From Alphaproteobacteria bacterium (lineage in GTDB: Bacteria; Pseudomonadota; Alphaproteobacteria; UBA2966), in the NCBI GenBank assembly GCA_964291395.2, contig OZ219856.1:1888001-1952000 (forward strand): 64,000 nucleotides of DNA. The letters run 5' to 3'. The position numbers and the translations under genes are program-made. Each line of letters begins with the position of its first letter. The first letter of the stretch is position 1. The notes under the pieces were generated by a model. The model did no database searches. It was not told where the DNA came from and saw only the letters and a list, made by a program, of their open reading frames with translations. Shown piece by piece: positions 57,688 through 64,000 of the stretch.

Positions 57688-58482
57688 ATGTCTATCGCCG
57701 GGAGCAATGCCGAGCCGCCCTCGGCCGATGCGGGCGATGCCAGCGCCGATCCGATCATCCGGATCGACGGCCTCAACAAGTGGTTCGGATCGTTTCACGT
57801 TCTGCGGGACATCAACCTGGAAGTGGCACCTCAGGAGCGAATCGTCATCTGCGGACCGTCCGGGTCGGGCAAGTCGACGCTCATTCGCTGCATCAACCGG
57901 CTCGAGGAGCACCAGGAAGGCTCGATCACCGTGGACGGTACCGAGCTCACGCACGATCTCAAGAACATCGACGCGATTCGCCGCGAAGTCGGAATGGTTT
58001 TCCAGCAATTCAACCTGTTTCCGCACCTGACCGTACTGGAGAACTGCATGCTCGCGCCGGTGTGGGTACGCAAGATGCCGCGAAAGGAAGCGGAAGAGAT
58101 CGCGATGACGTATCTCGAGCGGGTCAAGATTCCCGATCAGGCGCCGAAATATCCCGGCCAGTTGTCGGGCGGCCAGCAACAGCGAGTGGCGATCGCGCGG
58201 TCGCTTTGCATGCGGCCGAAGATCATGCTGTTCGATGAGCCGACTTCGGCGCTCGATCCCGAAATGATCAAGGAAGTGCTGGATGTCATGGTCGATCTGG
58301 CCGGGTCCGGCATGACCATGCTCGTCGTCACCCACGAGATGGGCTTCGCTTCGCAGGTCGCGAATCGGGTCATGCTCATGGACGACGGCCAGATACTCGA
58401 ACAGAACACTCCCGATGAGTTCTTCAACAACCCGCAGTCCGATCGCACCAAGCTGTTCCTGAGTCAGATCCTCCATCATTGA
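57688..58482 (+). CDS. aapP: amino acid ABC transporter ATP-binding protein
   Basis: [17 protein letters not shown] and FDEPTSALD motifs. Confidence 0.93.
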   Translation: MSIAGSNAEPPSADAGDASADPIIRIDGLNKWFGSFHVLRDINLEVAPQERIVICGPSGSGKSTLIRCINRLEEHQEGSITVDGTELTHDLKNIDAIRREVGMVFQQFNLFPHLTVLENCMLAPVWVRKMPRKEAEEIAMTYLERVKIPDQAPKYPGQLSGGQQQRVAIARSLCMRPKIMLFDEPTSALDPEMIKEVLDVMVDLAGSGMTMLVVTHEMGFASQVANRVMLMDDGQILEQNTPDEFFNNPQSDRTKLFLSQILHH

Positions 58483-58669
58483 GTCCGGCCGGGCTTTTCG
58501 ACGTTCCCCACCGGCGAGGCGAAGCGGAACTCCGCGACGGCGCCCGCTCTCGGCCGGACCCCGGCCGAAGCCGACGGGCCGGGCGGCATGTCTGGCGCCA
58601 CCCAATCCGAGATGACATCATGCGCCGCTCTCACGACGGTCCGGTCATCCACACGAAAGCAGCGAGGCC

Positions 58670-59854
58670 ATGAAGGACGACACCACCATTGTTCACGCCG
58701 GCAGGAAACCCTTCGACAACCACGGAATCGTCAATCCGCCCGTCTATCACGCGTCGACCGTTCTGTTTCCGACCGTGGAGGCCTGGGAGCAGGCGCGGGA
58801 ACACCGGGACCAGCCCGGCACCATCGTCTACGGGCGGCGCGGCACGCCGACGACGTTCGCGCTGCAGGATGCCATGGCCGAACTGGAAGGCGCGGATCAT
58901 TGCCTTGCCGTGCCGTCGGGATTGGCGGCCATCACCGCCCCGCTGCTCGCCTTTCTCGACCCCGGCGACCACATGCTGATGGTCGACGCCGTGTACTATC
59001 CGGCACGGCGGTTCGCCGACACCCTGCTCGCCCGGATGGGCGTCGAGACCACGTTCTACGACCCGGCGATCGGAGCCGACATCGCCGGCCTGATCCGGCA
59101 AAACACCCGGGTCGTGTACCTCGAGGCGCCGGGTTCCCAGACCTTCGAGATGCAGGACATCCCGGCGATCGCCGAAGTCGCCAGGAAGGCCGGGGCCGTG
59201 ACCATGATGGACAACACGTGGGCCACGCCGCTCTACTTCAAGCCGCTCGATTTCGGTGTCGACATCTCGATCATGGCGGCGACCAAGTACATCGTCGGCC
59301 ATTCCGATGCGATGCTGGGACTGGTTTCCGCCCGGGACGAGCATTTCGCCCGGGTCCGGGATTCCGCCTGGACCCTGGGCATGGCGGTGGGGCCGGACGA
59401 CTGTTATCTCGGTCAGCGCGGACTCCGCACCCTGTCGGCCCGGCTCGCGCGCCACCAGGAATCGGCCATGAAGCTCACCGAATGGTTCGAGGCCCGGCCG
59501 GAGGTGGATCGCGTGCTCTATCCGGCCCTGCCCAGCGACCCCGGGCACGAGATCTGGAAGCGGGACTTCAAGGGCGCTTCGGGACTGTTCGGCGTCGTGC
59601 TCAGGGACGCTTCGCCCGACGCCGTCGCGGCCATGCTGAACGGCTATCGCTACTTCGGCATGGGCGGCTCCTGGGGCGGCTACGAGAGCCTCGTCCTGCC
59701 TACCCAGCCCGAGAGACTGCGCTCGGCGACGACATGGGACGCGCCCGGGCCGACGCTGCGCTATCACGCCGGTCTCGAGGACGCCGACGACCTGATCGCC
59801 GACCTCGAAGCGGGTTTCGAACGGCTTGGCGCGGCCCGCGAGGCAGGGGAATAG
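58670..59854 (+). CDS. metC: cystathionine beta-lyase
   Basis: NPPVYHASTV, YGRRGTPT, DNTWATP, ATKYIVGHSD and SWGGYESL motifs. Confidence 0.92.
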   Translation: MKDDTTIVHAGRKPFDNHGIVNPPVYHASTVLFPTVEAWEQAREHRDQPGTIVYGRRGTPTTFALQDAMAELEGADHCLAVPSGLAAITAPLLAFLDPGDHMLMVDAVYYPARRFADTLLARMGVETTFYDPAIGADIAGLIRQNTRVVYLEAPGSQTFEMQDIPAIAEVARKAGAVTMMDNTWATPLYFKPLDFGVDISIMAATKYIVGHSDAMLGLVSARDEHFARVRDSAWTLGMAVGPDDCYLGQRGLRTLSARLARHQESAMKLTEWFEARPEVDRVLYPALPSDPGHEIWKRDFKGASGLFGVVLRDASPDAVAAMLNGYRYFGMGGSWGGYESLVLPTQPERLRSATTWDAPGPTLRYHAGLEDADDLIADLEAGFERLGAAREAGE

Positions 59855-59974
59855 ATCGGACGCGGACGAACGGCAAACGCGGGGCCGACCCCGATTCGCT
59901 CTGGCGAAGCGGGCGTTCAAGCCCGTATCATGAGACCGGCAGCGAGGCGCCGGCGGCGCCAAGGACGATGAATC

Positions 59975-60385
59975 ATGCAGGATTCCGACGGCAACACGGT
60001 CGCTTCCGCGGTCTTCGACGCCATCGCCTTCGACGCGAAGGGCCTCGTCCCCGCCATCGCGCAACAGCACGATTCCGGCGAAGTCCTGATGATGGCCTGG
60101 ATGAACCGGGAGGCCGTGGAGCGGACCCTGGCCGCGGGCGTGGTGCACTACTGGTCGCGGTCCCGGAACAGGCTCTGGCGCAAAGGCGAGTCGTCGGGTC
60201 AGACCCAGACCCTCAAGGAATTGCGGGTGGACTGCGACGGGGACACGCTGCTTCTGCTGGTCGACCAAGAGGGGCTGGCGTGCCACACCGGGCGGCGCAA
60301 CTGCTTCTTCACCGCCGTGCGCGACGGCGGCCTCGAAACCATCGCCGAGGTCGAGGTGGACCCGAGAGAGCTCTACGGAAATTGA
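59975..60385 (+). CDS. hisI: phosphoribosyl-AMP cyclohydrolase
   Basis: YWSRSR, KGESSG, DCDGD and ACHTGRRNCF motifs. Confidence 0.93.
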   Translation: MQDSDGNTVASAVFDAIAFDAKGLVPAIAQQHDSGEVLMMAWMNREAVERTLAAGVVHYWSRSRNRLWRKGESSGQTQTLKELRVDCDGDTLLLLVDQEGLACHTGRRNCFFTAVRDGGLETIAEVEVDPRELYGN

Positions 60386-60577
60386 GCTGCCACATCCAGG
60401 GTCCTCCGGGCAGCCGACGGAATCGTTATCAGGCGTCCTGGAACGTGAAACCGGGCGCGCCCGAGACCAAGGGCGCCGCCGTCGTCTACACCGCCGCCTC
60501 TATTCTTGGGAGCACGGCCGCCGGTCGCGCGCCGTCTACCCCGCGCGCGAAAGGTCCCGCTCACGAAACCGCCTGAA

Positions 60578-62656
60578 TCACACACCGATCCCCCCGCTCG
60601 GCAAAACGCGACTGCCCGGACGGGCTCCGGACCCGCCAGGACGGCACCGTCGACGGCGTGGAACGGGGCCGTCTCTGGGGCATGGACTGGGGCGTCGGCA
60701 CTCACCCTTTTCCTGTACGGGTTCGCCCAGCCCCGAGCGGATCGGGGCCGATGCGCGACGCGTCGGCAATCTGTCCGCGTTCTATTTCTATGCCTATGCC
60801 GGAATACAGATTCCCGTCGGCGTTTTGCTCGATCGCATGGGGACCGCGGCGGCTCCTGGCGGGTGCGGCGCTCATCAGCGCCGTCCAGCCTCCTGCTCTT
60901 CGAGCCTCCTGACCCAGGCGTACGCGGGACGATTCTGATCATCGGCGCAGGAGTCTGTTTCGTCGCCGCACTCACGATCGCCATGGCCTCTGGCGCTGCA
61001 TCGCGGCGAAGCCGGGCACCGCCTGGGTACGGTCGGCGGCATCGGCGGTCAGCCATCCGCCGGGCCACACCCCGCGTTCGCGAAAGGTCGCCGCGCTATT
61101 GCGGCGGCGCGATATGGCTTGCCGCCCGACCCGGCGAGTCGGCGAAGTCGCGCAAATCCCGCGACGGCATTGCCCTGAACCTGGTTGCTGGCCGCTCAAT
61201 CTCGCGAGCCACGCCGGGCCGATGCTGTCGTTCGCCGGATTGTGGGGCGTAGCCTACCTCACACGCCGATCCCCCCGCCCGGCAAAACGCGACTGCCCGG
61301 ACGGGCTCCGGGACCCGCCAGGACGGCACCGTCGACGGCGTGGAACGGGGCCGTCTCTGGGCATGGATCGCCTGGGGCGTCGGCACCACCCTTTTCCTGT
61401 ACGGGTTCGCCCAGCGCGTCGCCCCGAGCGTCATGATCGGGGACCTGATGCGCGACTCGATCTCCGCAAGCGGCGCCATGGACACTCGGCAATCTGTCGT
61501 CTGCGTTCTATTTCTATGCCTATGCCGGAATACAGATTCCCGTCGGCGTTTTGCTCGATCGCTGGGGACCGCGGCGACCTCTTTCTCCTGGCGGGTGCGG
61601 CGCTCATCAGCGCCGTCGGCAGCCTCCTGTTCTCCACCTCGAGCCTCCTGACCCAGGCGTACGCGGGACGATTGCTGATCGGGATCGGCGCAGGAGTCTG
61701 TTTCGTCGCCGCACTCAAGATCGCCATGCTCTGGCTGCCCCTCACTTTCATCGATACGCAGCGCGATCGCCGGGCTCACCATGTGCCTGGGTACGGTCGG
61801 CGGCATCGGCGGTCAGGCTCCGCTCGCGGCCATCCTCGAGTTCGCAAGCTGGCGCGAGGTCATGATCTGGGCGGCCGTGTTCGCCGTCGCTTTGCGGCGG
61901 CGCGATATGGCTTGCCGCCCGACCCCGGCGAGTCGGCGACCTCTCGCGAGCTTCCGCGCAAATCCCGCGACGGCATTGCCTTCTCCAGCACTTCTCGACG
62001 GTCTGACGGCTGGTGCTGTCCAGATCTCAGACCTGGTTGCTGGCCCTCAATCTCGCGAGCCACGCCGGGCCGATGCTGTCGTTCGCCGGATTGTGATTCA
62101 AGATGGGGCGTAGCCTACCTCATGGCGCGCTTCGGTCTCGAGCGAACGACCGCCGCGATCGCAACGTCCATGATGCTGGTCGGCTGGGCCTGGTGGGCAG
62201 CGCAGAGTCGCGGGCTGGGTCTCGGATCTCCTGCAACGGCGCAAAATCCTGATGATCGTGTCTTCTCTCATTGCGATCGTGCGGGATGGCCCGTCATCAT
62301 TCTGGCGCCGGCCCTCTCGCCGACAGCCGTGGTGACGCTGCTGTCTGCCATCGGTTTCGCGGGTGGCGCCGTGATCATCGGTTCGCCGTGGCCAACGAGA
62401 CGACGCCGTCCGCCGCGGAGGTGTCATGGCCGGCGTTCTGGAATACCGCAAACATGACGGCCGGGGCGGCGCTGCAGGTGTTGATCGGATGGCTCCTCGA
62501 TCTCGGTTGGGACGGCCGGATGGGAGACGGCGTCCCGTCTCTATTCGGTGGACACATTCAACGACGCCCTGCTCGTGTATTTCGTCCTGCGGGGCAATCA
62601 GCCTGATCACGGTCATCTTCATCCGCGAAACGTATGCCAAGCGTATCGTCGACTAG
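60578..62656 (+). pseudogene. MFS transporter, heavily frameshifted, with an imperfect tandem duplication of its 5' two-thirds (possible assembly artefact)
   Basis: Fragments LFLYGFAQRVAPSVM, FYFYAYAGIQIPVGVLLDRWGP and AGRLLIGIG lie in shifting frames; 60578-61261 repeats 61259-62122 with many small deletions. Confidence 0.7.
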
Positions 62657-62718
62657 ATCGGCCCCCCATCGAGCGGCCCGATCTCCATAAGGGAGGCGGA
62701 CGATCCGAACCGCCGTGG

Positions 62719-63180
62719 CTATAGAACTTCGAACACCCGGTAGCTGGGACCGTCGGGCCGGCGCCAGCCCGTCGCGACCGAAACCGTCCGGGTCAGCCAG
62801 GCGTAGCGCTCGTCCCCCGTCTCGTAGAACGGGGCGGCGCGCTGATAGTACTCGGACGGATCGACCTCCTCGCCGTTGGCGAGACGCTCGAGCACCTCGG
62901 CAGGCCCGTGGCGATAGCCCCGGTAGAACATGTAGATCGCGGCGCCGTCGTCGGTCTGCAGGGTCAGGCGCACGTCGAGCTGGGTGACTCCGTCGGTTCG
63001 GTTGAGCAGCCAGTCTCCGCCGCCCGGCAGAACGGTCCCTTTCAGCCGTTCGCCTTCGAAGGTGCCGCCCGTGATCGAGGCGACGAGGCGCCTGCCGAGA
63101 TGCCCGAGGCCCGTGTCGACGTAGTCCGGATCGACGCCGAGATGCATGTCGAAAAGATGTGCCGTGGCGATTTCGGTCAT
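62719..63180 (-). CDS. DUF3237 family protein (paralog of 2069..2530)
   Basis: GTVLPGGGDW...DVRLTLQTDDGA...YRHGP...YETGDERYAWL. Confidence 0.85.
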   Translation of the reverse strand: MTEIATAHLFDMHLGVDPDYVDTGLGHLGRRLVASITGGTFEGERLKGTVLPGGGDWLLNRTDGVTQLDVRLTLQTDDGAAIYMFYRGYRHGPAEVLERLANGEEVDPSEYYQRAAPFYETGDERYAWLTRTVSVATGWRRPDGPSYRVFEVL

Positions 63181-64000
63181 GCCCCTCCTCCTTCCCGGAC
63201 CTGCCCGATGTAGTTCTCGAGTCCGCTCCGCATGTCGGGAAACTCCGGTTCGTAGCCGAAGGTCTCGCGGGCCCGCGTGTAGTCCATGGCGCCCTTCCTG
63301 GGCATCCGGACGCCGCCCGGAAAGTGATATGGGCCCGAGGCGATGGAAACGTCGGCTCCGGGCACCAGGTCCTTGACGATATCGACCACTTCCCGGAAGG
63401 ACGTCGCGCGGCCGCTGCTGACGTTGTAGACCTCGTGCGGATGCTCCGGATGATCCAGGGAGCGGAGGATGCCCTGCACCACGTCGTACATGTGGGTGAA
63501 GTCGACGACGGTTTCGGCGCCTTCGGTCATATGGAAGCTGCGGCCGTCCAGCGCGGCGTCGATGAACGTGTTGGGCGGCCGCGGCCGCGGCAGTCCCGGG
63601 CCATAGATCCAGGACGTACGCAGGCAGATGCATTCGAGCCCGTGGAGCCTGTTGTAGGTGTGGCAGAAGTGCTCCACGGTCAGCTTGCTGATCCCGTAAG
63701 GCAGGAACGGCACCTGGTAGTCGGTCTCGGTGTTGATCTCGTTCATCTCACCCCAGGTCTCCTCGGTGCTGAGGAAGATCATGCGCTTGACGTCAAAGAG
63801 GCGCATGGCCTCCATGACGTTGAGGCTGCCGCCCACGTTGACCTCCATGACCCGCCAGGGATTGCCCATGGTCGGACCCGCGCCCACCGCCGCCGCCAGA
63901 TGCACGACGGCATCGGGGCGGTGCGCCCTGAAAGCCTGGGCGAGTTGCGGAAGGCTGGTGGCGTCGCCGGTGACGGCCGTGACATCCGCGCCACCGTCCG
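63177..64000 (-). CDS. NAD-dependent epimerase/dehydratase (extended SDR); 5' end outside the window
   Basis: HLAA, YGISK (YxxxK), IYGPG and DFTHMYDVV motifs. Confidence 0.85.
   Translation of the reverse strand, partial: DGGADVTAVTGDATSLPQLAQAFRAHRPDAVVHLAAAVGAGPTMGNPWRVMEVNVGGSLNVMEAMRLFDVKRMIFLSTEETWGEMNEINTETDYQVPFLPYGISKLTVEHFCHTYNRLHGLECICLRTSWIYGPGLPRPRPPNTFIDAALDGRSFHMTEGAETVVDFTHMYDVVQGILRSLDHPEHPHEVYNVSSGRATSFREVVDIVKDLVPGADVSIASGPYHFPGGVRMPRKGAMDYTRARETFGYEPEFPDMRSGLENYIGQVREGGGA

Noticed and set aside
1-64000. Genome-wide UGA reassignment as an explanation for the in-frame TGA
   Set aside because: Many genes here end at TGA at their expected C-termini, often in ATGA/TTGA overlaps, so UGA is a normal stop
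1-64000. CRISPR array, tRNA (including selC), rRNA, integrase, intact transposase, selA/selB/selD
   Set aside because: None were recognised by eye; any Sec machinery must lie outside the window

Overview
This is a very GC-rich (roughly 68-70% by eye) bacterial chromosomal window. The aapJQMP, metC, hisI, TRAP and DUF3237 genes suggest an alphaproteobacterium (inference). It is densely packed with catabolic and transport genes: a TRAP system with an amidase, CoA-transferases, a Rieske oxygenase, two ComDE-like TPP enzyme pairs, a CuyA-like lyase, cysK, sseA and an amino-acid ABC transporter. Best candidate for a new system: two in-frame ORFs at 39131..40648 (-) form one linalool dehydratase/isomerase (LinD)-like protein. 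Its internal TGA (39977-39979) aligns with the second catalytic Cys of LinD (CENTKIWPL-U vs CEPDNYFVQ-C). The TGA is followed 11 nt later by a hairpin with a GGUCU loop in the same register as the E. coli fdhF SECIS, so this is a probable selenocysteine enzyme upstream of a 10-kb run of co-oriented catabolic genes. Second theme: four toxin-antitoxin cassettes or remnants all sit between convergent genes. Two are bounded by direct repeats (41 bp and 130 bp) that duplicate the 3' end of the host gene, with no integrase in the window. Also present are IS1202/ISNCY-like orphan ends, a LuxR-type regulator bounded by ~100-bp inverted repeats, and several frameshifts plus a garbled tandem MFS duplication that may be assembly error. 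No tRNA, rRNA or CRISPR array was seen. Family calls rest on motif recognition from memory; no database search was run.
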